Position numbers and translations under genes: made by a program
Assembly (NCBI RefSeq): GCF_964355755.1
Contig: NC_092671.1
Coordinates: 7,936,001 to 8,000,000, forward strand
Length of the DNA: 64,000 nt
From: Antedon mediterranea
Lineage: Eukaryota > Animalia > Echinodermata
Reading direction: 5' to 3'
Notes under the pieces: model-generated
Seen by the model: only the letters and a program-made list of their open reading frames with translations
Told to the model about the DNA's origin: nothing
The model's database searches: none
Shown here: piece by piece, positions 12,981 to 27,700 of the stretch
Position numbering within the stretch: the stretch's first letter is position 1
Layout of the letters: each line of letters starts with the position of its first letter

Positions 12981-15900
12981 CTGTAAATGTAACAACTTCC
13001 TGATATAAGTAAACACACAAATTCATGTACATGTTAAATACTTACTTACAAATCATGTGACCGTGTTCTTTTGAACTTTAGTGTATCAAACCGGTATCGC
13101 GTCACATCTTGTTCATAACGTATAATTAATTACCACAGATGGATATACTGTATCTGCGTTTACACCAGGATAGAACGCTTATCAAAATGACGTCATAATT
13201 TAGTTTCATTGCTAATTATGTTACTTTTGGTAATTTTAAATAAAAAAAATACAAATATGTGCGTTCTTAAAACACAGTAACCACATTAACAGCTTCCAAA
13301 TCTTTATCAAATTAATAGCAGTTTTTACTTTTAGACATAGGTGAAATAGGTTAAATACACATTTATTATTACAGTTTATATCTGACATTAGTGTACATAT
13401 ATTCATTAATAAGATTTCTTCGTCGTTTGTTCAATTGTGCAATTTAATGAAATGTAATTAAGTATTTATTTGCTAAACATAGGCCTATTCATTTCAATAA
13501 TATTTTACAACAATTATAGTAGAATTTTTTTTTTTTATTAACTTTAAAAATCCTAAAGGCTTAAACAAATTTAGAACTATTGAAGTATAAATATTTAAAT
13601 ACAGTATCACAAATATTGCCATAAATATTGTAGGCCTACTATATTGCAGATAATTATAGGAATGGCAAAGGAACGCTGTTTTACCGTGCAAATTATTCGG
13701 GGTCTAAAATAAAGATTCGTTAGTAGATTGATAAACTTAACATTTTGATTTAACATCAATATTCCTTTGTTCTTTTCCTTTCCCGTTTTATTTTTCTTCG
13801 TCAAAAGATTTTTTTTTATAAAAAGGTTATGTGCAGAAAATAATGAAAGACGATCTTATCCTTGGAATACGTTTTCGTCAGATCCACATAACAAGATCAT
13901 CCTTCATGTGTGACGGTATACCACGACAGGGGATATACATCGCCACTATCCACGAGCCCGCGGATTACAGCGGGAAATCTTGACTAAGCAGTGACCGAAT
14001 CAAACATCATTTAAAATGAATAGTAAAGCTGCTTAACGTGAGAACTAGTGCGGCGATCAAGGCTCCCAATATTCAAAACGTGAATACTAAATTCACATTG
14101 ATTATATACATTAGAAGATTTTGCGATTTGAATCGAAATGCTTAACGGGTAAAACGGTTTAGGCTAAATCAGAAAACGTAGGCCTACATCAATATTATTG
14201 TAGAACTAACAATTCGTTGTTAGTGCGAGCAATAAGGCTTCAGATATTAATATAAGCGAATATCAAATTCATTTAATTATATTATATAGTATTTTAATCA
14301 AAATGCCTACTAACGGCTAAACGGTTTGGGCTAATCTATAAACGTACAATGTTGTATGTGTTTGCATACAGCAATCACAACACATCTTAGTTAGGCCTAC
14401 AATAATAAACATAACTTTAACCACGGTATTTTAAACAGAATATAGGCCTACAGTAGATTAATTTGGATATGTACTTTTCAGACATTACCACATTGTTTTT
14501 AATATAAATTTTAATTGTGTATTGACACTTACTATTATTGTATAAAAAAAAATTACCATCGGGCACTTTGAAAGAAGATATGTAATTTGTTTACTACAAA
14601 ATTAATGAGGCGTAGTTCTATATGTCAACATTGACTTTATTCTAGTCGGTTTTTATAAATCAATCAAAATGAGCTGACAACGTCTTTCAAAAGAATGTCT
14701 AGGCATCGATTAAAATACCAGAAACTTAGTAAACTGTCTGTAAAACATACAGTACTTAAAATGGAGTTTTCCTAATTGCCATTGTTATAAGCCGGGTATG
14801 TTTACTATTTTTATGACTGACCTACCAGATATAATAACAAAAGCATATTAAAATTTAATTCCAAAATAAATGTGAAAATAAATTAACGAAAATATTGGTA
14901 TTTTGATGTTTAATTTCTGGTTTGTCATTGTAAAAAAATGCAATATTTTTTATTATTAATTTGTACATTTGTTTGCATGTTGTGTTCGCCTTCATAATAG
15001 AATGATAATGCTTTAAATTATGATATGAATACCGGATTGTAATGACGTCATATTGATCATGTTTCATTATTATCAGTATAATTATAATAATGGAACTTAT
15101 ATGCAGCATAAAATAAAACAATTTGTCAATTACTAACACAATAATGGCGTCCAATCACGACATGTTAATGTTCTGCATTTAATAATGTAATGATAAAGGC
15201 CTATAACATTTAATTACACCGATAGAACGGTAGGAACATAATAATTACAAAATAACACTATAGATATAGATTCAAGATATTGTAATTGTTAGTGTTTATT
15301 GCAGGTAAGACTAAGGTAGAATTACACATAGTCGACAATACATTTACTTGTCAATTTCCTCTTTTTCAAAACATTATTTTTTTTCTAAGCCAGCTGAATG
15401 ATCAGAATTTAGCTAGGTAGACAAGGATGATTCCCAGTATTTATTTTTTCCCTCCATGGTTTGTAGAAATAATCGAGAGATATTATAGGCCTCTATCTAT
15501 ACTTGGATTTCAACATCTTTGTTCAACAAATCAGTTGGCATAAAATATCTCGCGTAGCATTTTTAAAATTCATTTTTGTGTTAAAGTATTCAGTAATTGC
15601 AATGCCATCCATAATGTGACATCCTATCTATTTTATATCTATTCTGTCGCTTGCAGATTGTAGGCTTTTTCTCGCGTAAGTGTGTGTTTGTCATCAAATG
15701 GCATGTTCCCTTTTAGTCAACACGATATTGTTATATTATATTAAGCACAAACACATACAGAATATTAAATAATTGGGAAATGTGATGGTAATGGATACAC
15801 TCGTTACTATGAAATTCATAATTAGCATATATTTTGTAAAACTATTTTTTTTTGTAGACAAAAAGTTTGATATAATATGCCGTGTTAGAAACGTTTTCTA

Positions 15901-18424
15901 TTTTAATAGGAAAATTGCCTTTTTAGAAATTATAACAGAATAATGTTCAATACATCATTCACTACTCCGTGGTAATAATATACCGTCTTTAATGTAAACA
16001 TGTACTGTCTGGCTTTGGGTTTGTAGAATTTAGTGCATGGAAGGAAAAAAGGATGGCCAAAATATGTATGAGTGTACGTTACCCCATTTCCTGGAATGGT
16101 TGAAACTGCATGTGAATAGCATGATGTTTCTTGTATCGTAAGTTAGTTTGTTGAAAGATCTAGAACCCCTAGGTCCCCATAGCACCGTCTTAATCGTGGT
16201 AGTCAAAAAGACCGGTTTGGTGATGACAGTTGTACGAAAATTGGTTATGGAACGACCTTTTGACCTTTTAGATAAAAATAAAGAAGATAATATTAGAAAG
16301 AAAAACAGAATGGAATGAAAAATTACACAGAACAGGGAAGAGTTATTACAAAATTACATTGTAATTTACTCTTCCCGGCCCTGCACAGAAGCACTTTCTA
16401 TATGATGTACAATGAAATAGGCCTAATAAGAGCTACTGGAGTTATTATACACGCAGAGTCTAACTCATTGTTTAACATTTAAATAAATAAATTGTGGGTC
16501 TATTTTTTCACGAATATGCCTACGCAATTAAAAACAAATACAATAGTGTAAAGTTACAACAAATGTATATATTTTAAAGTGCTTTATTATGCCTTCCTAC
16601 ACTGTAGAAGTGTAGACAGACCTGGTTCAACCAAGGGGATAGCTTTCGCACGCTTCGATGAGCTCACGAAGGCATTTTATAGAAAACCAACTGAGCGTAG
16701 TAAAAAATGTACATAGTTAAGTTTTCGAATTGTTTGTATTGCAATCAACGAATAATACTCCCGAGGCTCTAAATCGAAATTATATGATATATAAATGATA
16801 TTACCATGACTTGTACAAGTCATTACGGTAATAGCATAATTTATACCTTTAGTAGATTTTAATGAATATAACTCCGTTTGAAAGCACTGTATGTGTTAGT
16901 TTTGTGACTTGCAGTGTTATAATAATTTCATGCAACATGACAGAGTTGATAATGTAAAATATGACTAGCCTCCTACCACTGTTCCTATTATTAAGCTATC
17001 GGAATTTGTAATAGCTATTTATTCTTTGTATTAGTACACATCTTTTAAATAATTAAAATACGCATGGAAGTATAGGCCTGGCTATAGATTATTGTGTATC
17101 CTAATGATTTTAAACCTAGTCATAAAATAATATTATAACCGATTCCCGAGATCGTGAAATTGAAAAGAAATTGATCCGCAATAAATATGCCTACACAAAT
17201 ATATACCGTAGGGCAAATGTTTTTTTTTAAACCAATGTCAAAAAAGGTCAAATTTGAATTTCGATAGTCCTCCTGGGTTAAAAGATAACAAACCGGTCTC
17301 TCATCACTCGTGGCCCCCTTAATGTTCCCTATGGAAATACGTTGGCCTGATACCAGATTTGTAATTCTTTCTTAACATATGTTTACTTCCAATGGGGGTT
17401 GTTGTTAGAACTATAGGAATTGTTATTCATTCTTTAGGAATTTATATAATTAGATTTTACAAACAGAAGCGAAAAAAAAAAACAACACACCAAATATTAA
17501 AGAGGTATGTGTTGAGGTTTTGAAAAAAAAACCATATCCAATTAGTCTAACAAATTTATAAAACTGTATCACTATTTCGTAATCTAGTTTAAATTAGGCA
17601 AGTGAAATAGACTTCTTGATATTGTTTTAGTCATGAATCGTGTCCATAGTTAAGTTAAGAGGAGAAATATAACATCATGATTATATTATGTCGTTGATAT
17701 ATTATTATACTATACTAGTATAATTATAGAACTACAGGACTGTACTTGTGTGTGTTTTTAAAGTTAGAATAGTGAAAATGCAAGAACCTTACAAATAATT
17801 GTTTTATACAGTATTACTTTTCTGATTCATTCTGACCTACTATACGAATATCATCATTAGTTTAAAATGTATATAATGTATTTCCAATATGTATTTAATA
17901 TGCACGTATAGATGCGACTTGATTTATATTCGTATGCCTGGATACACGAGTGTAGATGTGTTACCAAGACGGCCTTTTGCTTATAAATGTCATCCCGGTT
18001 TCATTGATAATGACAGCATTCGGCTAACATGTCAGTTGTCTATAGAAACATTTGCTATAGGTACTCTAAAGCTTTGCGTCAGATGTCTTTTTTTAACAAT
18101 CATTCTCAAAACAGTTCATAAACAGAATGTTGTAATTAATCATTGGACCTCTTATACATTATTAATATAGTGATGAGAGCAAGGGAAAGGAATGGAAAAG
18201 TGAGAAAACAGGGAAGGAGTGTGAGGCGTGTTGTTGGCATATTCTACTACTTTTCTATTAACAATATTGTTAAAGATTGGATTACATGGAGGATGGCATA
18301 CTAAAATTATTTCAATGTAGTTTCCCTGTTACAAATTATCATTTAAAGAATGAGAAATGATGAAAATAATTAGTATATAATAATACTATAATAAACCTGC
18401 AATTACAACGTTTTAAATGTCACA

Positions 18425-19192
18425 GCGCCACCAGCGTCCGTATTTACAGAAGTCATAACAACTGTATCAGTTTCCTGGTACTGTAATAATATTAATCCTA
18501 CTGCATCAAACTTAAAAACAACAAAACCTTTAATTACCCAGAAATAAATGTAAACACGATAATATGGGTCTTGAGATAAGTAGTAAAAACCAAGTTTTTA
18601 ATATTGGTGATATACGTACAGAGACGCTGATGGCATTCTACATTGGTTTTTTGTGTGATTTGATCTTTAATTTCTATTTCAATAGATGATGAAAAGTGGC
18701 ATATATTGAAGTTGTATTAAGTTTAATTAATTCAATAATCCACCTTCCTTAACAAAGAACAAACCTCATTGTGTGAATAAGCTTATCTTTCGATTAAGAA
18801 GCGATAAACCATGTAATAATATCGACATGGTAAAGATAATCCTAACGTAATCACTTTATAATTGTACCACGAAGCATAGAGCAAAGAATGCAGAAAGGAA
18901 TTAGTTCGTAATCAGAATATTGTTAGCGGGTATCTAATATATCAAAAGTGGGTGGGAAGGGATTGCTGGTGAGGTAAAAGGTGAGGTATGGGAAGTTCAC
19001 GTAGTGGTGGGAGGATCGGGCCGGTCGCATGTTTCCCAACGCTCGCTTACTTCCACTTCCAAAGTCAGAGCAAAGTTTCATCGAAGGTTTCGCTCGATTA
19101 GTATTAGTAATCAAAATTTATCGAAAAAGTGAAAACAATTGATTTTATGCAATTACAAATTTTACCACATATTTAAATGCGCCACCAGCGTC
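18425..19192. promoter_or_regulatory. Cluster of three CTCF-like motifs (GACGCTGRTGGCR)
   Basis: GCGCCACCAGCGTC at 18425 and 19179, and opposite-orientation GACGCTGATGGCA at 18623; partial match to the CTCF core CCACCAGRKGGCR. Confidence 0.45.
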
Positions 19193-19920
19193 AGTATTTA
19201 TACTAGTATTTGTCATCCACGTGATTGAAATGACCGTTTGTGGCTACATGTGCAGAGATGCGGCAAACGTTTTCATTCGGTCGTGACTACTAGGATGACT
19301 CATAATAAATCGAAGATTATAAGTGAATAAATATAGCACTTTAAAATATATTTTTTTCAATAATAGCACTGCCATAATTAGTTATTTCTTCGTGGTTACA
19401 ATACGGATTTATTTTATCAAAATATCATTGTCAAAATTATTTATTGTTTTAATTAATATTTTAATTTTATGAATAAAATATGAACTTCCTATTTATCATA
19501 ATAGAACGACGCACCACTAGACTACGTGTCTATCTTTCTGCCAACACTCAGAAACTTATGAGCATGCGCACAATGATCCTTTTACTCAGTGTGGCGCGTT
19601 GAAAAGGGTCGCTATTGATATTGTAGAAATACATAACTACGTTACAAGTTTCGTCATTTCACATAATGACGTCATAAGTTGTTATGCCAGATCAAGTAAA
19701 GTACGTGTTAACAGACTTTAAAATCGACTCCTAAGTGGACCCTGATGTGAATTTTGTTCAAATGTCAAACAGGTGACAGTAGGTACAATACACCAAGAAA
19801 TTACATCGACGACAGTGGATTAATGGTTGATTTTGGTCGTCAATATAGGCCTACATCTTATACCGCTATGGCGATATGTGTTTAGATCAGTCTTTTTTTC
19901 TCTGGTTCAATAAATATAAT

Positions 19921-20225
19921 GGGTGGGCGAGCGCTTAAGACAGTGGAACCGTAATTACGTAGCCATAAACATCGGCAAGGGTTCGAGGCTCACTCACTCC
20001 ATGGTTCTGGTGGTAGAACGAGTCTTCTCGGATAAGGAATATAAGCCGTAGGTCCAGTGTACACAACTAGCTCCTGTGCACTTTAAAGAACCTAGTACAG
20101 TACATCTTTCGAGACGAGTAGGGGGTTACCCCGGTGTACTAGTACGTCACAGCCACTGATCACAAACTGGGCCCTCTGGGAGATCAGTCTTTATCAGCAT
20201 AACAATAAACTAACTAACTAACTAA
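19921..20225 (+). mobile_element. tRNA-derived SINE with a Deu (DeuSINE/Nin-like) central domain
   Basis: A-box-like GGTGGGCGAGCGCTTAAG and B-box-like GGTTCGAGGC (19980). Core GGATAAGGAATATAAGCCGTAGGTCC...CACTTTAAAGAACC...GAGTAGGGGGTTACCCCGGTG resembles the Deu domain as I recall it. 3' stem ACTGATC...GATCAGT and (AACT)n tail. Confidence 0.75.
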
Positions 20226-21439
20226 TGGCTTAGCTAAATCAAGTTGTGAGAAGAGTAATGTGTGAGATTGTTGCTCACACGTATATCAGTCGTTTGAAAC
20301 TAAAATACTGGTTTATACCTGTGGGCCTACAATTCTCTGTGTAAAAATAAAATATATCCATTCTTCTCAAACTTTATTCCAATTATTATCCTTAATCATG
20401 ACAATAATAAGAGAGTCCACACTCCCTCCCCTCCCCGTCTATAGTATGTATACTATTGTTGGAATAGATAAATTAGTTGTTCAGTGAATATTATATTATA
20501 AAAATAATAATAATACTACTAATTTTAATAAATTAATTGGATTCATTCGTTGATTCTCAAACATGATCTCACAGAAATGTATTTCCATTACAATTCAATG
20601 TTACTTTTTTCATTTTACCACAGCACTTAGTCGTATCGCACATGAACATATCGTATTTCTTTTGATAGTTACAAATCTGAAAATATCCTTTTAAAAGTGT
20701 CAGAGAAAACGGTTTACATAATCAGAAATTGAAATTGGATAGCATGATCGGTAGTGCTTTACGACACGCGTGTGGACAGTAGGCCTTGTTACAGAATATA
20801 AAATAATTTCTAGAAAAAAAAACAACAAACAACCGATTAGTTTGGTGTTTACCTTGGCCTAAGCAGTCACATTTTAAATTATTATATCAATCGTAACAGG
20901 TTCATCAATGTTGCAAGTTAAAGGTAAATGTTTTTTTTATAAAAAGCATCAGTCTTTTAACACCAAACTAGTGGTATTGTCTACGCATTTTTGTCTAAAT
21001 TTTGTGTCTCCCGAGGAATAACGGTTAAAAAGAAACACCACTGTTCAGCCCCCATGCCTTATTTCTCTACGGACACCGCCATATGTTACCGATTTGCACG
21101 TAAACAGAAAGGGCCAATGAAAATGGGGTTCAAAATCAGTTTTGGTCCTTCGCGATTCAGGAAAGAACGCTAAGTTTGAATAACCTACATTTTGGTGAAG
21201 TGTCAATTAATTCTTGATTCTTTTTAAATCAGCTAATAAATGCTTGGTAGAATTTATCCTGACGTATCCTTCGCGATAATGTCATGCATTTCTGTTTTAA
21301 TTCGACCATGCGTTGCAAAAATTAGCACTCAAACCACAAAGTAAAGCCATTGTGTGGGTTATTTTTGTATAATTAAGACAATAATTCCAAGTTGTTTTCG
21401 ACATTGTATTTAATATAAACTTTCTTTGTATATACACAG

Positions 21440-21693
21440 GTGACGACAGTTGTGGAAAAAATGAAACACCGAATTGGTTATCAGCGACGTCCGGTAGAAA
21501 GAAAAGATGTCCATACACAAAATTCCAAACTTTGGAACTTGAGAAAGAGTTTTTATTCAACATGTATTTAACAAGGGATCGTAGAGTTGAAATTGCCAGG
21601 CTATTGAATCTAACAGAACGACAAGTAAAAATATGGTTTCAGAACAGAAGGATGAAAATGAAGAAAATGAATAGAGCTCACGCACTAACATGA
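21440..21693 (+). CDS. Hox9/10: Hox9/10 homeobox (last) exon, posterior/Abd-B class; upstream exon(s) not found in window
   Basis: After acceptor tttctttgtatatacacAG (phase 1) my translation is (x)[83 protein letters not shown], stop TGA 21691-21693. NWL motif, RKKRCPYTK and [12 protein letters not shown] are PG9/10 hallmarks. Confidence 0.95.
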
Positions 21694-24113
21694 AAGGAGA
21701 AACAAGAGTAGACAAAATAAGTAATAAAACTGATGAGTTATGAATTATGTCAAAAAAGTCATCGGACGTGGTCGCGGCTAACTGGACACACATAATTAGA
21801 AAGAAGTTTGGTTGGTGGAATTGCAAGAAGAAAATACATTTGTGCTATGAAGATCTTTCAGTATAGTGAAACTTGTCCAAGTGTGTTTACATTCTAATAA
21901 AAGAACTGCATATTAGATTTCTTTTAAAAAAAATCTTATTTTTTCTACCCGTTTCATAGTCAGCTGAATAAACTGGGTTTATAGATAAATCATTGTTGAC
22001 TGTTATATAGTATGGAGTGTGTTAGATGAACTACCTTTATTTCCATACAAAACACATATTTAAATGGTTTAGTTCAATTTTTAAAACCTTATTAAACTAC
22101 TGAGAACGTGGTTGTAACGATGTTCAATGAACAGTGTATTAAACTGTAAATTTTCGATGTAACAATTTAAGTTGTGAATGGTAAACCATGTTGTGATAAT
22201 GTTGTCCATTGTGTGTGATTCAAATGTTTTTAGGTTAGAATGAAGTATGCAATGCATTTCATGGAACTTCGTGTAACTTATGTACACACATTGCACGAAG
22301 AATTGAAAGTACTGTATAAAGAAATAAAGAAATCGTGGATATTTTGCATTCTGATAGATTTTTAATCTGTTTATTATTTATAATGTGACCATTCCGCAGT
22401 CAATCGAGTTTTAATGGTAGTTCCCAAGATGTTGCATTCCGGAAGTAGAATAAACAAAACCAAAGGCTGATAAATGGGTAGATGTCAGACTTATTGATGT
22501 ATTTGTTCCGAAATTTTGTATATCAATTATATAACATATTGAGTAAGTAATGAAAGTCCGAGAAATTTCTATATGATACAAACACTTTCTAAAAACATTT
22601 TTCAGAAAATTTCAAAAAATTTGGATCATCATTTTAGAAAGTCTAGTTTCCCACCTCACTTGAGATTAAAATTTTAATTACAAGTAGCGCTTCAGTTTTA
22701 CTTCATTGAGTCTTGATAATGATGTAACTGACTGGGGGCCATCTGTTACTGGCAACTAACAGTAAAACAAAGCCAAAACAGCTGTTTTCGTCAATCAGCT
22801 TAGGTCTCTTGTGGGGGCGCTAAGCAAATGAAACTGTTCACACTTGGGCGATTTTGTGATCGTTTCGCACTGTCAATAATGAGCAACTAATGTAAAAATC
22901 GGTGTAGCACGTCCGAGATGTCCCATGTCTAATTCTGTATCAATTCCATTGATGTTTGGTTGGGTCTTAGTGTTGATATGTAGCCAAATCCCTAACGTGA
23001 TTTGTCAATAGGATTATGCTTTTGTTTCAAAATCTTTTTAGTACATAATCACACTTCAAGTTCAGAATTATAAACAAATCAGATATCTACCTGTTTCAAA
23101 TATCAACAATTTATTTGCAATTTGGTTTTTTTTTGTGTTTTTATTTTAACATCTTTTGAAATTATTGGATGACAGACAGGAAATCATAAAAATAGATGAC
23201 AGTAAAATAATATTATGTCAGTGATCTTTTGTACTGTAATACACGCTATTGTCAATTCAAAAACAGCAATTTAAATTTGTATTTCTTCAGGAAATGTTGC
23301 TCATTTACACATATCTTTGACAGTTAAGAAACATTTTAATCTAAAATATTGTTAATATACGATTTTTGTTTCAATAATTATTAAAGAAGGAAAGGTCTTC
23401 AAATGTACTGTTGCATTATTTTTATAGAATAAATAATAAAAATCAGGTTTTTGACAAATTACGAAACAAAAGTTAATAATGATGATTAATAGGCCTACTT
23501 TTATGTGAAATATTGTATTATTCTTGTGATATTATCAGTAAGCCTTCATTACCAATACTCCCATGTTTTTATTATTACTGGTTCAAGGTGATTTCGGTCA
23601 CAAAGATGTTGGCTTTTCCGCGTTAAATCCAAATAGTACCGGAAATATTATTTTAATGAATTTGTTTTATTTGTAACTCTGCAGTATAATTATTGTAATT
23701 ATTAATTTTCTGTACCATGTTTAATCTGCATAATTGTATATATGTTTTACTTTGATTTGAATTAACATGGTTCAAACTGAATAAATGATTACTTTTCTGT
23801 AATTCCCAAATTGGACTAATTTGTTTTATTATTTATAAGTAGTAATATTATTGATGTAATCCTTTTAACGAAACAACCAAATGAATCGATATTTACAATT
23901 TATCCACTGCAAAACAATATACAGTATATAGCATATTGTAATTTATTGTATTATCGAATACTGGGGGTCATTTATCAAAATTGATAAGTTTTCAAAATAA
24001 CCTAAGCAAATATGTGTATGTAGGGTATCTTTTTATAATCTCAGATGACGATGTCCATCCTATATGATACAAATAAATGGTTTTTCAAAAATAAAGCTTT
24101 ACTTTTTCTTAAA

Positions 24114-24256
24114 CTACACTATCAAACTGTATGTGACAAAAAAATGTGATGTGCCCATATATAGATATGATGTCATATCACTACCATATTTTAGCATATT
24201 ACTACCATATTTGGGTACATTACACTTTTTCTTTGTCAAACTAGTTTGATAGTGTA
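24114..24256. mobile_element. Palindromic MITE, copy 1 (possibly PIF/Harbinger-like)
   Basis: TIR TACACTATCAAACT...AGTTTGATAGTGTA; internal arms TGTGATGTGCCCATAT / ATATTTGGGTACATTACA; homologous to 52386-52540. Confidence 0.7.
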
Positions 24257-24711
24257 CAATTCATCATAATTTGCATAATATAATAAATAACAACTACATT
24301 TTAATGTGGGTTATAAAAACCATAAATAAACAACTGCATTATACACTACTAAGAATGCAAATGTCCATATTCCATTTTTACTTAATTTATCTTAATCTAC
24401 GAATCTTATTTTGAATGCAACGTTACCGGTATCCCTTGCTAGAGGCAGATATTATAATTATGGCAGGAGGACAATGACTACTGACAGAAGATTCGGGAAC
24501 GCTGACAAACTCATCAATATCCGTGTACAGTAATTAACATTAGATTGTTTAAAACAAGATGACGTCGGGTAATCAGTGTGAATGCAGATCATTTTTTTCA
24601 AACCAAAGATGCAAATAGCAATGGTAATACTTAATACTCATGTGACGATGGATGGCAATGTATGTGTAGACATCAATGTTACTGATTAAGGTTAGCTACA
24701 AATTATGATTT

Positions 24712-24746
24712 TGACGACGACGACCATGATGATGATGATGATGATG
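24712..24746. repeat. (GAC/GAT)n microsatellite
   Basis: GACGACGACGAC-CAT-(GAT)n. Confidence 0.8.
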
Positions 24747-27700
24747 GCAATGATAACCATAAACAATTTTGAGAAATGTACGGTATGTATGCTTGTTAAC
24801 CAATGACGATACGAAGACCGAGAAACAACACAAAATTTTTTGATAAAACTAAATGGATTTAGCTAAATCAAGGGTAACAAATAAGACCTAATTAACATCA
24901 ATCTATTGTAACTGATGACAATAATCATAACGAGGATACTGACCATGATAGCGAGGATCGTTATGTTTAATATTAATAGTAATAACTTTCATTATTTTGG
25001 TTTAAAAAGTTATCAAATTCAATTTTTCGTTTGATGAGATTATATCAGCTGATAGATAGTAGTCCTACATCTTTAAAATTTGACTAATCGAAATTTGAGA
25101 TTAGGAAATAATAGGCCCACAAGTATATATTTAATACTAACTACAGTTTCAGTGTAATGTCAGTAATTTATTTCACTTTGGATGTATTTTTTATAATGAT
25201 TTTCCTAATAAATTTAAACATAATACAATGCTGAGATTAGTGAAAACAATAACAATCCACACTTGGGAAATAGAGTGAAATAATGAAACATCAAGGGGGC
25301 GCACTATTAAAAAACAATCAATAAATTTGAGATGACAAACTGTGAACAAGAGAAAGGATGCATACAACCAGGGAAGATTTAAATTAACTATTAACTAAAT
25401 TAACTAAAATGGAAAAAACTTTAACCACTCATGATTTGTATAATTGGTTGCTGGATTGTTTTTTTAAATTTTTGTTGAGGACCATTTTGTTTTTTTGTTT
25501 TGTTGCCACAGCTGGTGGCGCTTTGTGTTTTTGAAAATGAAATAATAATAATAAAAAAGAAAAGAAACTCTCTTAATTTTATAAAAACGGCCAAACTTTT
25601 CTGTCAGGACAGGTGTCTTTATAGGTTTTTATTCTGAATAAGTTAACATTCTTTTTTATTCTTTTGTTCATTTTATTCGTACAGTTTGTTTTGTTTGCAT
25701 TATACCTGCTCTGTGACTACTGAGCAACTCCTGATAGGTAACTAAAAGTCCGTTATAACAACAATGTTAGGCCTAACCAAGGGAAGAGTGAAACATTCTT
25801 CCCTGGCCTAACCAATGTTACTTTTAATTGTATGTTTTTAATTCTGTTTTTACAGTCTGATATGTACATACTTTGTTCTTGAAACATATAATATTCTTTA
25901 AAAAAAATGTTATTTTTGTTTTACTCGAACACTTCACATTTTTTGTACTTTTTGTCAATTAATTGATTATTAAAATATTGAAGCTATAATGTTTTATTCC
26001 TATTACTATTGAGAAATTAGTCTAAACTAATTCCTCCATGCTATTACGTAGTATTAGCACGGTAGGGTATATTATTCAATTTTAAAATATTAATTACTAT
26101 TCATTTTCCCAACTTAAATGTATCCTATTTTGTATTATCTGATGGCTAATATTCCTGGCATATAACATAGCAAAAACAGTTTATGCAATATGTAATAAGT
26201 AATACATTACAATTTAAATAGATGTTGAATTAAATAAATAAATGCATGATTAGAACATAAGGCAGCATTTCTACAGTATTCCTCACGGTTACATTTTTAG
26301 GCCTACGAATGCGCAAATGCATTTGAGACGCAGAAAACTGTTTTAGGCCTCATTCAAAACGGATAATGCATGAATACCAGTTGAATTGACCGTTGCTTTG
26401 CCTGGCTTGACTATACAATAACAATAATGGCATATAACCCTTTAAATCAACAGTATAATATAATATATATATAGCAATAATCTGTTTACGAAAGTTATCG
26501 AATAAAATGTGTTGTTTTACGCCATGATACATCATTTTTTAGTGGGCCGTACATTGCTAATACTATCGATGATTTAAGGTAAAAATGGCTGTTTGGCTTG
26601 CTTCAATATGGATCAGTTGGCCCTAACAGATTAAAATAAACAAATAACATGGTCTACTAATAGTTAATAAACACAACACACACAAAAAATAACAACAATA
26701 AAAACAATATTTATAACATGTTGCTTTTTTACAAAATGCTTTACTTTTAAACATCTAAAACAATTCATTTTGCTTACCTACAGTTATTTGTTCAAGACAC
26801 CAAAACGATGAGCCTTAAAACCGATAGGAAAAAGTTGGGCAATGTTATCCAGAAGGTAGTATCCGTAGTTTGAATGAGAATGAGCAGTATCGTTTAATTT
26901 TTATCACATCTATAACTAAGGTTCTATCTACTTTATGGTCAGTGTGTTTATAGCAATTTTATTACATTTCAACCAAAAGCCTGGAGATGTTTACTGATTC
27001 ATAGATCTAATACCTGATTGAACAAAACGGAAACGGATTATAATCTAATGTGCGGTGTACAGTACAACAAAATTTAAACGTTCCTACTTTGATCATAAAC
27101 TGATTTGTTGTCTTTTGTTAATATCTATTTTTCAAAAGAGTGTATATTATTTACTTGTATTAAACTCTGAACATACATTTTTGCTGATTGTTATATATTA
27201 AATTTATTTAATAATTACAATTGAATGCCTAGGTTGCCATATCCAATCTAACGTATCTTAATCTTATTTGTTACTATGTAGGCCAATTATAATTACTTAA
27301 TATTGTATTTTAGTACATTTTATTTTGGATTCCAATGAATCAAACTTGTTTCCGAATAAAAGTGAAGTTGGCAAATTACAATAGGCCTATCATTTCTTTT
27401 TCATCCGACTCCAATAAGAAGTACATTAATTTGTTCATAACAAGTGAGATCCAACGTGTTATTATTATTATTATTATTATTACTTTGCTTTATTCATACA
27501 ATTTAGGTAATGCAGTATTCTTAAAACATCTAACAGGCCTATAAAATAAATGTTGATAACTGCCTGTCTTGTATTATAGCAATTTCGTTCTGTGCAAGTT
27601 TCTTATAATGTTTATTATTATGCAATTTAAATTGTGTTATTCTTCCGGCCTTAAGTTTGTATCGTACTTTCGTACCAGTACATTAGCAGGCTTACAATCA

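Noticed and set aside
19921-20000. tRNA gene
   Set aside because: A and B boxes are present but there is no clean cloverleaf, and it continues into a SINE body.
21297-21826. Two minus-strand ORFs (88 and 89 aa)
   Set aside because: Antisense shadows of the Hox9/10 exon with no protein-like features.
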